This document shows, piece after piece, positions 23,953 through 35,644 of a DNA stretch of 64,000 nucleotides (positions are counted from its first letter, which is position 1; every line of letters begins with the position of its first letter). The DNA is from Mesotaenium endlicherianum. Its lineage: Eukaryota. The notes under the pieces are model-generated. The model worked only from the letters and a program-made list of their open reading frames with translations. It was not told the DNA's origin and ran no database searches. The position numbers and the translations under genes were made by a program. The stretch spans positions 1-64,000 of the forward strand of contig WELA01002297.1 of the NCBI GenBank assembly GCA_009602735.1, read 5' to 3'.

Positions 23953-25152
23953 GTTTAGTAGTAAAAAGTGTCATTGGGGTGACCAAGGCTAGAGTGCACT
24001 CAAGAAGCTAAGCATGTGGAAGGAGTTGCACAAAGAGAGTAGCCTATCCTCTAGTGCTTTAGTGCACGGGTCAAATGAAGACCAAGGAGGAGTATGGTCA
24101 AGTGAGGATAGTGAAATAGGTGGAGGTAGATATGACCACCAGTAGCTATCTTCAGCCCGCTAGCAAACAAGCGACGCGGGAAGGTGAAGGTGAAGGAGAA
24201 GCGCTTGTTTTGGTGACCTTGGCCCGGTCATCACACGGAGCAAGCGTGCCTCCTAACAACCTTGGCGAATGTACATCGCCGGTGGAGCAAGTAGAGGTGT
24301 ATGATCCCCTTGCTCATATATAGAGCAGACCCCAACTGCTCAAGTGGAGGAGCTCCTAGAAAGTGAGCTCAAGAGAAGCCCGCTTGCAAGACGACGTGTG
24401 TGCGTGCACAAGATGAGGTGCAAGCACTAAGAGTATGTGCGTATGCCCAAGTTATGGAGCTCTTGGAGGCGTTCCAGATGTGTTTCTTGGAGCCTTGTGT
24501 GAAGGCTGACCTTCAAGAAGAGCCAGAGGTATGTGGGAGTGAGCATCTAGCCAAGGAGAAGACTATGATGGAGTTTGGTGCACCACGAGCGAGACTACGC
24601 GCTCATACCTTGTGAAGATTACTATCGTCGCTTGATGNTGCTTGATGGAGACTATGACTTTATGAATATGGACCTATGAGGAGGAGACCAAGTGTTATGG
24701 GGTTGATATGTCCTGCCTATGATGGAGATATGTGACAAGGACTTGGACATGAAGCTAGGAGAATCAGCGCCTATACAAGCAAGCAAGAGAGAGGCGTAAA
24801 ATCTGGACTTGGACACTCGAGTGGTAAGCNCTTTGAAGTATGTGGAGATGATGGAGGGAGTATGTTACAGCCCTTATGAAGATATTGGCCTATTCCAAGA
24901 CGAAGGAGTTGAAGAGAAGATGCACTTGTGTAAGGAGACGCCATGTGTGGAGACAATGTATGCGATGGAGCTTTCACTAAGTGGAGCAAGTTTGGAGTAA
25001 TGAGTATCAACCTGGAGCCTGTTCAAGACCTGCAACTTGTATAATAAATGTGAATATGTGTTTTTCTAGCATATATGTGAGCTCGATTCCTCATATCACG
25101 TCACTTATGCTTAGTATGCGCCGAGGACGTCGCATCTTGAGGAGGGGGATGA

Positions 25153-25863
25153 TGTAAGGTTATGAAAGTGTAGTTTGTTTCTTTCTAGTATTTTATATGC
25201 ATAGAGTGTGATTTTAGAAGAACTTGGCCTTTATTTCAAGTCATTTGGACAAGTATTGAGATAGTAATAAATTTTGGAAGTTTTTAGTGAGTTTTTAATG
25301 TTACAGATTCTATTTAGTGACAAGGACAGGTCCATTGACGAAAATTTCGGTTGGAGTCCAGGAAGTAGAACATGGAAACATGAGGGTTCCAAAAAGTACG
25401 TACAATCACGTAGAGTGCCACAGTGATCGGGGAATTTCTAGAAACTCCGTGAGGAGTTAGTGGATTGTGTAGTAGAATATTCTAGAGTGTGATTGTGTGC
25501 GTGTGAGTGCGCTAGCTTGTCCAATTAGGCAAGGTCAAGTACATGGAAGGAGCCATAGGAGAAGGTTCTGGAGGTACCTTGCTAGAGAGGACACTTAGAG
25601 TTAAAGGATAAATGGGAAGCACAAGGAAGTAGAGGGGGCTTACTCTAGTCTAACCTTCGTATCTTGTACACGACTTTTCTTAATAAAGTGAGTTCTTTTC
25701 CACTCCTCTCTCATGTAGCCCTCTAACTCTTGCAAGGGTGGCATACCACCAGGCCACTCCACCTTGTGTATGCAACTAGGAAAGGTCCTCGTGCACGCTT
25801 CCACTCGCGGGTGAGGGTGCATGAGTGTGTATGGGCGCACTCCCCGCACCCTTCCCCCTTTCA
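25153..25863 (+). repeat. C 3' LTR (711 bp)
   Basis: Follows PPT GAGGAGGGGGATGA; ends CCCCTTTCA + TSD CGTAT. Confidence 0.93.
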
Positions 25864-26119
25864 CGTATGGTCTCCTCATGGGTCGTCAGCCCGCTCAGAT
25901 GTCTCACTATGTCGTGGACTCTGGCTTGAATCAGAGCCTTCCACAGGCTCCACGGGATGATAAAGCCTCCCACTCCTCAGCCGCATATACAGCTGAGTTT
26001 CCCCGGGTCCCCTTCCAGGTTGACCACCGGCAGCCCTTACAGGCCTCAATCCCCAATTTGCTTGGGATTTCTTGTTCACCTGAACCACTCAACCGAAGTT
26101 CTCAGAAGTAGGATGGAAC

Positions 26120-29100
26120 AGTCTTACTTCCACATAGGCTTATGCCCAAGTTGAGCGTAACAGAATGAAGAAATTTGTAGTTTGCAGAAATTACGTCTAA
26201 GCAGCTTAACCAACAATGCCAGATTCAGATAAACTCGCCTTCACGACTTTCGCTTAACTTTCACAAGTCTCAACTTACAAAACTCTCAAACTGCACATCT
26301 ATGCTGGCCTGGTTTGAACTCTTTGCTGAATACCGCGCCTCAGCAATTCTTCACTGCTTGGCTAGGCTCACTCAGTTACTCACTGAGAGCTTTAACTGTT
26401 TAACTGCTCTTGCTATCAGCAATTCGACTTGTTCGCGACTTCTGAGAACTTAGGACTGACACAGTTACTCACCATTTATATGCCCTTCGCACACTTGTGG
26501 TGTTCTGTCCAAATCTGCGCTAATCTCCTAACAGATTTTGTTCTGCAAGTTCTCCTCTGTCTACCAGTGAGATTCCACCTTGGGAACTCCTGAATTCTAA
26601 TCTCTATGGTACAGTGCAAAGAGATCTTCAGGTGTCGGCAGTGGCGTGGATTCTCCGTTCTCCTGCGCCCTTAGGAACTCCTTCTCTTCGCGCTCCTTCT
26701 CCTTTCTCCTTTCTGCTTCTTTAGCAAAAACTGCAAACGCAAGAATGAGGCAGCTTCGTGCAAGACTCGTGCCTTTTGCAGGCACCATGCATTGTTCTCT
26801 CTCGAGAATGCCAGTGCTTAGTCACAGCTGGCTTTGCGTGCCGTCCTCGCCTAGCAGCTCTTCAAACTAATCTAGCCATTGTCACTCAGCTTGCATGCAG
26901 GCCTCGTGACTGTCGCGCGTGATTGCTTAGCCTTTCAGCCAATAGTTATGCTTATGTGGCTGATGACTGGCGGTTTTCATAGCCAATCAAATCGTGCCTG
27001 ACTTGGCACTCGGGGCTGCTTCTCGCCCACAGCCTTTCGGCTGACCTTCTTGGCAAATCCCTTCCCATGCCATGACCACCTCTCAGTGATCATGACGTTG
27101 ACTTGACCGCTGGCTGACCTGAAGTCAGTCTTTTGGTCGGTGAGTCAATGCTGACTTTCCGTACCTGGGCGGCCGTGACTAGCGCTGCGCGTGCGGCACC
27201 GTCGAAAGGGTAACAGTTGCGACAAGTTTGATGTGAAGTGGAAATGGAGGGAAGTCCAATATTAGACGAAAATTTGGGCTTTCTTTTGAATTTTTTCACA
27301 CGGCATTTTGTGCCAATTTTTGGCCACTTCAGACATGTGCACAAATAACCACGCATGAATCTTCGCGTCTCGAGCGGCCCAAAATCCACATTTCACATGA
27401 GTGGGGGTCGTGTGGCCAATGAGGATCATTGAGCGCGGACTGGGGATGCCCTTCAGTTTGGCGTCGAACGAAAACATGTCGACGCCAAACTGGTGCTCCA
27501 GAGCAGCTTCAGAGTCTCCGGAGACACGGACGTCCCCGCAGGAAATGATTGCACCTCTCTGGGGACGAAACACGACATTTATCTGTTCTATTTGGTTATA
27601 ATTGAGTCATGATTGGCTTTTTGACGCGCGATTATTCGGATATGTAGAAATCCAATTGACGAATAAAAAGTGCACGCTACACGATCAATGTCGTGCCTAA
27701 CAGTGTCGGTCCCTCGGCACGTACGTGGGCTTTCAGCACGTGTGTCTCGACCTGGTCGATGTGTCGGTGGCCCTCCTCACGTGCGGGCAAACATGGTCGA
27801 TCGATCTTTGCACGTGTGTCGGTGACAAGCCTTACCAGGGTTGACCCATCCCTGGGCTCCTGAACTTGCACCATGCAACCATGACCAACTCTCAGGGCTT
27901 TGTTTACTTTACTCAGCCCTCACCATCTGCTTATCTTAAGCCTTAGCAGAAAATTTAAAAATACTTGCCTTGCCTTAATTCCTCTTACAAGAACGGAAGT
28001 CTCTTACTTCCACATAGGCTTTATGCCTTAATGTTTTTGAGTTCGCAGGTGAGCGAATTGTGGTTTGCAGAAATCACACTCTGAGCAGCTTGACATACAA
28101 CGTCAGGTTCAGAGAAAATCGCCCTTCAGGCTTTCGCTTAACTTTCGCAAGTCACAGCTTACAAAACTCTGAAACTACACGTCTATGTTGGCCTGGGTCA
28201 AGCTCTTCACTTAACACCGCGCCTTAACAGCTCTTCACTGCCAGGCTGGGCTCACTCAGTTCTTCACTGAGAGCTTAATCTGTCAATACTACTCTCTCTC
28301 TTCGAGATGCGAATGCGACTTCTGAGAACCTGGAAACTAACACACAACTCACCATTTTAAGGCTGCTTCACACACACTTGTGGCGTTTGGCCGAATCTGT
28401 GCTAGTCTCCTAGCAGATTCTATTTTGCAGTCCTCCTGCTGTCAACAGTGAGATTCCCTCTTGGGAACTCCTACAATCCTAACTTATCTATGATACACTG
28501 AGAAGAATCTTCGGCGTTGGCGAAAGCGTGGGGCCTCGGCCCCCCAATGGCCTTGGGAACTCCTTCTTCTTCTTCGCGCCCTTCTTCTCCTTCCTTCTGC
28601 TTCCTCTGCTTCTTTGCAAAAGTGCGTGAGAGTGAATGACATGTCTCAGGCAAGGTTCGTGCCTTTCGCAGGCACCACACAGCGTCATCCTTCGAGAATG
28701 CCGTGCTTAGTCACAAAGCTTAGCTGCATGTCGCTTTTGCCTAGCCATGCTCAACTCAAACTCGTAGCCGCTCAGCATGCATGCACACCTCGTGACTGTC
28801 GCGCGTGGTTGCTTAGCTTCTTAGCTGGCAGTCACGCCTAATTGGCTCATGGCTAAGAACTCCTGCACGGTGCGTACAAGCGAATGCCACTTGCTCAAGA
28901 TTCCCACTCGGGCGGCCGTAATCTATCTTGGCATTGCGGCCATGACCTGGCTTAATCTGCCAGTCACACAGTACTAGACTTGGTACCTGCTGGGCGGGTC
29001 ATCACTGATCCCCAGCTTCTAGTCTCGCGCCTGTTTATGCTGTCAAAACCTCCCCCATTCCTGGGTGTGGGGCACATTGACATTGACCCCTTGCCAGTGG

Positions 29101-29220
29101 TCTTGATGCTGACATAACCGCTGATTGCGACGAAATCAGTCAAGTGGTCGGTGAGTCAACGTTGACTTTCCGTACCTGGGTGGCCGTAGCTTGCGCTGCG
29201 CGTGCGGCACCGTCAAATGG
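26120..29220. repeat. Diverged direct duplication: ~26120-27210 and ~28000-29220
   Basis: Shared anchors CTTACTTCCACATAGGCTT, CTTTCGCTTAACTTTC, CCTCGTGACTGTCGCGCGTG, TGGTCGGTGAGTCAA..GACTTTCCGTACCTGGG. Confidence 0.8.
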
Positions 29221-29547
29221 ATAGTAGTCGCGACATCAAAGGCACAGTACTCACAAATATGCTTCTGGGGACGATGGCCGAGACTAGGGACGACGATTTT
29301 GCGCAATGGGACCTGGACTGTAAAGTGCATGCGGATACGTATGCCCGTGCGAATTCATGCACAGACTTCACATGTCACGACTCGCGAACCATCACGAACT
29401 GTGTCGATATGACTCAAAAGTTTAGACCCATGGTTGCATCAGTCATGTCGGACCAAAGTTGCCGGAGGTGAACTCAGATTCAAAAAGTGTCTTATTAAGC
29501 CTTGTGGATTGTCGAGGTATTCTGCATTTCAAGGTGTTTCCGCTTTA

Positions 29548-29767
29548 ATGGACAAACTTTCATACGCAACGCCAAAGTCGGGCTACTTACGCTGCCTTGG
29601 GGGCCTATGTATTATATCTTTGTTTGCCATATTGACAAGTTTTAAGTGCTATGTCAGACTAAGGCCAGAAGCACCGAATGAATCAACGGATGATACACTT
29701 AGAGCCCAAGGTTTGATAGCCTTCGCCACCGCTCTTATAGACAGGGTCTGAGGCAGTGGCTGATTGC

Positions 29768-29804
<37 letters not shown>

Positions 29805-32800
29805 GCTGGCTTTTCAAGAGTATATCGTCTCAATGATTGAGTCGATAGAGGAGCACTTACCTGATTATTTGTGAATGTAGGGTCCAGCACTGCATACACC
29901 GACTTCCGGTGTGGAAAGAGCTGCGAGGACACCTGCTATGAGAAGAAACGAAGAGTTTTGGTAAGGTTAGCGTGCAGATGCTTCAAGTTACTCGGTTTCT
30001 GAATCCTTATGGTCCATATGTGGTACTAAGATGCCCTCCGCATGTTACATGTTACTGGTCGGACTGTCCATTCATGCCAAATGAGCTGATGAATGATCCA
30101 GTCAAGCATGTGACTGCAGGACTTTCCTTTGTCAAGCACCAACTTACGTGGGCCTGGAGCAAGAGCTGTGCCAGTCGCATTCTCTTGGTTTTCATATCCA
30201 GTTAAGGAGAACATATCTGTCATAGGACCTGGCCAGACTCCTCTGTCTGCCAATCTTCTTGGCCGCTTCATGGGAGATGGAGATTTCGTCTGGGAGTTCG
30301 AACGGCGGGAGTCCGGAGATTACAGGTATTCCATTGGCATTAAACTGGGCTCCTGACTCTAGCTGGAGCAGCTGTCAAAGCATTTTCTCGTATCTCCTCT
30401 TCGTCGTCGCAGCATATTTCTCACTCGACCACTTATTCTGGGCAATTGTGCAGCATTCTGCACAATGGAGAGCACCTTGCAACATACAGCATGCATCCAG
30501 ACGCAAGTTTCTGCCCGGAGCCAATGGTTAACTTCGAGTCGCGATACAGGTACGCCTTGCCTTTCCTTTTTCCACTAGCTCCTTCCACGAGAGGGCAGAT
30601 GGTAACAACCCTGGTTCCTAACTTAGACCTCTGATGCTTATTCTTGTAGGAAAAAAGTGCCGGCGTCTGACTTGCCGTTATAGTGACCGGTTCAAATGCA
30701 GGTACAAATATGAGCAGTGCTGAAGTTGGGGTGCTGTCGGGGGTGGTGCAGATGCAAAGCCGAGGACGCAGACCGTATAAGGCAGGCCACAGCTCGCTGG
30801 CCGGACGGGTCTGTCACAGAGGAGATGTACGACAAGCTTGGAGCCCAGGTGACTTGCGCTGTCGTCAACGCAACCTGCTCTGACGCTCTTGAAGGCTCTC
30901 TAGATACTGACACTGGCTCAGAGTACAGTGTCGTTGAACAGAGGAAGCCTTCTTTATGGCAATGCATGCAGTCTGGCACAGGCCGTTGGTCTGCTACTTG
31001 GGGTACTGATATGAAGCAGTACTACCTGTGTGGGTACTCTGCAGGGCAACCTCGTACACTTCGCCATCATCAACAACACTCTGTATCGCCGTTTTGCGGC
31101 TGATAACATTCCGTACCGCCAGATTCTGGAGAAGGTTCTGCTCTCAGTCCTGCGGAAGGTGAAGCTTCCTGATGCCGAGTTTGCTTATGGAGGTTCCGAT
31201 GGCGGCACGAGCCCTCTGAGGTAGGTCCACGAGGGCATGCACGCCCTCCCACATGCAGAGCGGGCAAGGCTCCTTTGCATGAGCTGCAAACTAGAATGAC
31301 GCGCGCGTGTGGTGCTTGGAGCCCTTGGAGCAGCAATGGTGTCGGAGGACCCCCCCTCGCGTCCTGTCACAACAGTCGAGCCTCTGACTGGTGTGTGCAG
31401 CTCTGACGGGCCACCAGTGCTTGCATTTACGAAGACAGACCTCGACGTGGACATCCTCATTCCGTCCGGCTACTTGATGGGGGACCTCTTGAGTGGCAAC
31501 TTCATCAAGGTGAGTCTCGGGAGGCCCCATTGCAGCCGCGTGACATCCTCTGAGGACCCCCTAGCAGGGCTTTCGCGTGGGTCATCACAACATGCATGCG
31601 AAGCAATGCCCCAAGCTCATAGCGTGCTGTGCGTTGTATCAGCTCGACCTTTTGCGGAGTGCAGGGACGTCTTGGTCCTGTAGGTCATACAGTGTGTGAA
31701 AAACATGTCATGTCTCACTGTGACTAGCCTCTAGCTGGAGTGCAGTGGTGTCTCGTAGCCTGAAAAAGTAAGCATGGCTGACATTAAACCATCGCCCGGC
31801 GCAGCCCCCAGCCGCCGCCGGTGCATGGGCACAGGCCAGCTCGCCCGTCGCAAGATGAGCTCGCCCTCAGCTTGCCGCAGCTTGCATGGTGGCCGGGGAA
31901 ACCTGCCACTGTGCTCTTGAAGCCTCTGCCACATGTCTTATTCCTAGACGTGGGTTTGGGCATTGCGGATGTGGAGCTGCAGGGTGCTGCGAGCCTGAAG
32001 CCCTGGACCGCCCGGCAGAGCAAGTGCTACTTCGTCGGCACCAACACTGGCTACCTGTATGTCTCCAGTCCCAGGCATCTGTGGCTCTCTCCACGCTTCC
32101 GCGCGGCCATGCTGGCGAGGGGTCACGAGGACATCATGCAGGTCAAGGTCATGGTGGGCCACAAGGGAGCCATCACAAGGGTAAGAAGTACGCGCTTTCA
32201 GAGTAGGGGACTTGCTGGGCCTGCTTGCACGGGCATTTCCTTCTCCTGCCTGATAACATGTGGTCTGCCGTTTCTTCACCTCCACCTGTGACAGGTGTCA
32301 CATTCAGCAGTTCAAGCGCTAACCAATTGCCACAGCTGGCTTCCAGCAGCTCTCTGCTGGTTCTGGGAAGGGGGGAGCTGCGTTGGGACTAGGGGTCTTT
32401 CTTCTGCAGTGTGGTCACCTCCTCCCCAGGCAGACGACGACGTGCCAGACGCGGGCTGTGAGGGGCACACTTCTTGGTCCCATGCGCTCCATGGGCAAGA
32501 CTGGGTTCCTGGTGGTGATGAGAATCAATGAAACTGCTCTCGATGCACCCCCGCCAATCGGCTGTCCAGGCTGCACGCGTGAACTTTCACCGGATCGACT
32601 GGCTCGACTCCAGCAGCATCCGAAGTCATTTGTTGCAGGGGCCTCGTGATGGCACCTCCGCGCCTTCGCCCGTAGCTCATAGGTGCAGCAAGGGGGACTA
32701 GATTGAGCATCCATAGGTGTACCTGCGACACTGGGCAAGTTTGTGGGTCCCAGAGGGGGACCTGACTCTCGTTCCGGCCCGGTCGTGTCTCGGAGTGGTG

Positions 32801-34062
32801 CAGGAGGCTGCAGCTGCAGCTGACAAGCTGAACCTGACGATAGGATATGCCCCGTCCAGTGCGGTGGACCACAAGTGCCTGATTCACATCGACGGGAACT
32901 CGGCATCGTGGCGGCTGGGGAGCGAGATGGCGGAGGGCCACGTGATCGTGAAGCAGACGTCGCCGTACGCGGAGCACTTCTATGACCTCCTGGAGCCGTG
33001 CGTCCACTTTCTCGAGGTGAGAGCCCTGCACTTGCTGGCACTTGGGGTGCCGGGGACAAGCTGGTGCTCAAGGGTGCAGGTTCTGGTGTCTGAGGATCCT
33101 ATTCCGCTTAGGAAAGCTGGACCCATACTGGAATATAGTGCCTGCTTCTTTTGCCCCCCCTCGTCTCCAGCGTGATGTAGCAGTCACGTCTCAGGTGGAT
33201 GCCAGAGAGGGGGTTCTGTTGTTCTGGTTCTCCTATGTTCACATTATACAACAACAGGTTTCTACAGTAGCCGTTCAGACAGTATTTGGCTCGAGGTTAG
33301 CTTTTTACCACGTGGTGAGTACTGCTCTCACCGTTGCTGGGGACTATACCTTTTTGTCACCTCCTCGTCACCTCGTTGTCGCCTCTTCATTTGCCCCCCT
33401 CACACAGTTCATTCTGCGGCAGGTCCCACTCACGCTGAGATGTGAGCTTCAGGCCTGAATCTGTTCATGAGTCGCACACTGGTGTCAGACGCGGAGGTCT
33501 GCAGCATGGCGCTCGCCTCTGCCGATGTTAGTGTGAAGTGGGGATTGATTGCCGGCAAAAGCCTCAAGCCTCCCCGTGGCCTGAGAGAGCCTCCTGTTGC
33601 GAATGTGTGACATATGCAAAGTGCCTTGGAATCATGTTACCAGATGGAGCATTATATGGGGGATCTTGTCGCCAGATCTAAGTGGGCGCTCACGCATGAG
33701 GCGGTGTCGAGGGAGATAACGACTCAAGCCTTCAGCTTCGCAATGTCGGTATGTCTTCTGCACTGCCAGTCTATCACTCTTCGGGCCACAGTACAAGCTT
33801 GGCTGACAATGACGTGGAGGCTTACTGATACTTTCTTTGGATGGTTGTGCATTCAAGGCTTACTCGACACGTTTGTTTGTGAATTGGTGGGGCTCCTTGT
33901 GCTGTGCAGAGGCTTGTGGAGGAGGAAATGATGTGTTACATGGCGCTCTTGATAGATGCACTAAGTAGAATCTCAGCCTCTCCGGTGAGATTGAGGGGAA
34001 ATTTTACACGGGTGCCCGACGAAGGGATAGCCTCGGCACCCACTTGCATCATGGGTCTTTGA
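29548..34062 (+). CDS. Multi-exon GT90 (CAP10) glycosyltransferase, KDELC/POGLUT2-3-like, with N-terminal membrane anchor; exon boundaries approximate
   Basis: Exon peptides: TM LGGLCIISLFAIL; SVIGPG (filamin-like); HFAIINNTLY..LLSVLRKVKLPDAEF; PVLAFTKTDLDVDILIP; PWTARQSKCYFVGTNTG; HKCLIHIDGNSASWRL..VKQTSPYAEHFYDLLEP; DLVARSKWALTHE; EEMMCYMALL..stop at 34060-34062; GT-AG introns. Confidence 0.82.
29769..29801. repeat. (AT)n microsatellite in intron 1
   Basis: Direct reading. Confidence 0.95.
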
Positions 34063-34515
34063 ATGCCTGTAGTTGCGTATGCCCAAGTTTTTTTTGTGTG
34101 AATGCACACTGCCATTACACATTCCGATATGCTTATTGCAATGTGTAGATCATCTTGCTTGTGCAAGGTGAACAGATGAGTTCATAGATTGTAACTCTTA
34201 TTCATATAATTTACTAAGCAGGCGATCATGAGGCTAGCACTAATAATGTCCATATCTAAACTTAAGGGGGCAAGATGCGACATATGACTCGCTAAGTTCT
34301 CAAGCCCATTATGGTTCAACTTAGACATTCATGGCCTTTTTTAGCTTGTAGGTGGCATTATTGCAAAGTTCAAATTAAGTGTGAAGTTGACCGTGGCCGC
34401 CCAGATTGACCGCATTCAAGAGTTGATTATTTTATACTGTGGAAATGGATCTTTTGCTAGACTGCAAGTCATTCAGTTGTAGAGGACTGAGATGGCTAGC
34501 AAATGCAACTCGTTT

Positions 34516-34567
34516 TGTGTGTCGTTGTGTGTCGTTGTGTGTCGTTGTGTGTCGTTGTGTGTCGTTG
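34516..34567. repeat. 10-bp tandem repeat (GTGTCGTTGT) x ~5
   Basis: Direct reading. Confidence 0.9.
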
Positions 34568-35644
34568 GTGCTGTTCGAGCTAGATACACTTATTTTTGTG
34601 GAAGGTGCACTTCATGGTCTAGCACGACCACTTGCCACACACTTGCAACACTATTTATTGATAAGGACAATGGCACGGCCATCACCCGTGTTCCATTAGG
34701 TCGTATCTTCTAGGTGATGCCATACCATGTCCTCATAGGACCCTTCAATCTCCCCCCATAGCGTTTCAAAGTTGCATATGCACACATTGTTTCTCCTTGC
34801 TCTTGATTGGTGTAGAAATTGGTGTAGAAATTGGCGAGCTAGAGTTCACCGAATAATTCACCATAAACATGAGAGAGCTCACGTCACTAAGTAGAAGGTT
34901 GTGATTCATGCGAATCGATGCATTATATTAGATCCATCTTACATATATCAACATAAGATTTGGCCACCATTTGCAAGCATGATGATAGCACTTTATTAAA
35001 GAAACACCTTATTGCTTAGGTTTGACCTAGAACGAGACTAGATACAGTTTTATAGGTGCTTTCTAGCTGCATTCTATTGTTCTACATTCAAGTAGACTGT
35101 CATAGGCATTACGTATGTTAAGAGTTTAAGTAAAGGCAACATTTTCATCGGTTGTATTTCAGGTTCCACTCGTAAAGCGTTGGTGAGGTACATTTCACTT
35201 CTAGCAGGAAATCTCTAGTCACAATTTGACTTACTTGTACTCTTTGACGCAAAAGATTAAACAGCAACCTTTTGAGCCGGATATTAGTCGTAGCGTCTAC
35301 AGTGACCAATTTTAAGGTTCTCTCTCGCAAACACCTTAGTAAGGATATTGCATCCTCCTAACGTTTTTTGCTTCTTGCACTCACATTAAGAACTCTCAGT
35401 GTGGTAACTTATAGCAATTGCGTGTTTTCAAACTTAGTGCAAGAGTATGGCAGCACAGCCTGCCAAGCTACTCATTGTTTGAAGAAATAATGCCCAAGAG
35501 GTGTCTTACCTTCTTTATCACAAGTCCCATTTATACCCACTAGGTAGAGTTCAAAGACAATAAAAAGAAGCTTCTATAAGCCTCCGATTGTGCTTCATTC
35601 ACAAAGCCATCCCAACATCAAAAAAGTTGAGATTGACACATAAC

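Larger units (their letters stand above)
21375..25863 (+). mobile_element. Element C: non-autonomous LTR element derived from family A
   Basis: LTRs 21375-22078 and 25153-25863 are near-identical with A-type termini TGTAAGGT...CCCCTTTCA; TSD CGTAT; PBS 22081-22092; PPT region matches A; internal region has only decayed gag/PR remnants and no RT or IN. Confidence 0.9.

Noticed and set aside
34516..34567. Tandem repeats as a possible CRISPR array (also 45142-45335)
   Set aside because: No unique spacers, no cas genes, eukaryotic context.
34150..35644. AT-rich stretch before P2 that might be another LTR or insertion
   Set aside because: No second copy, TSD or clear termini in the window.
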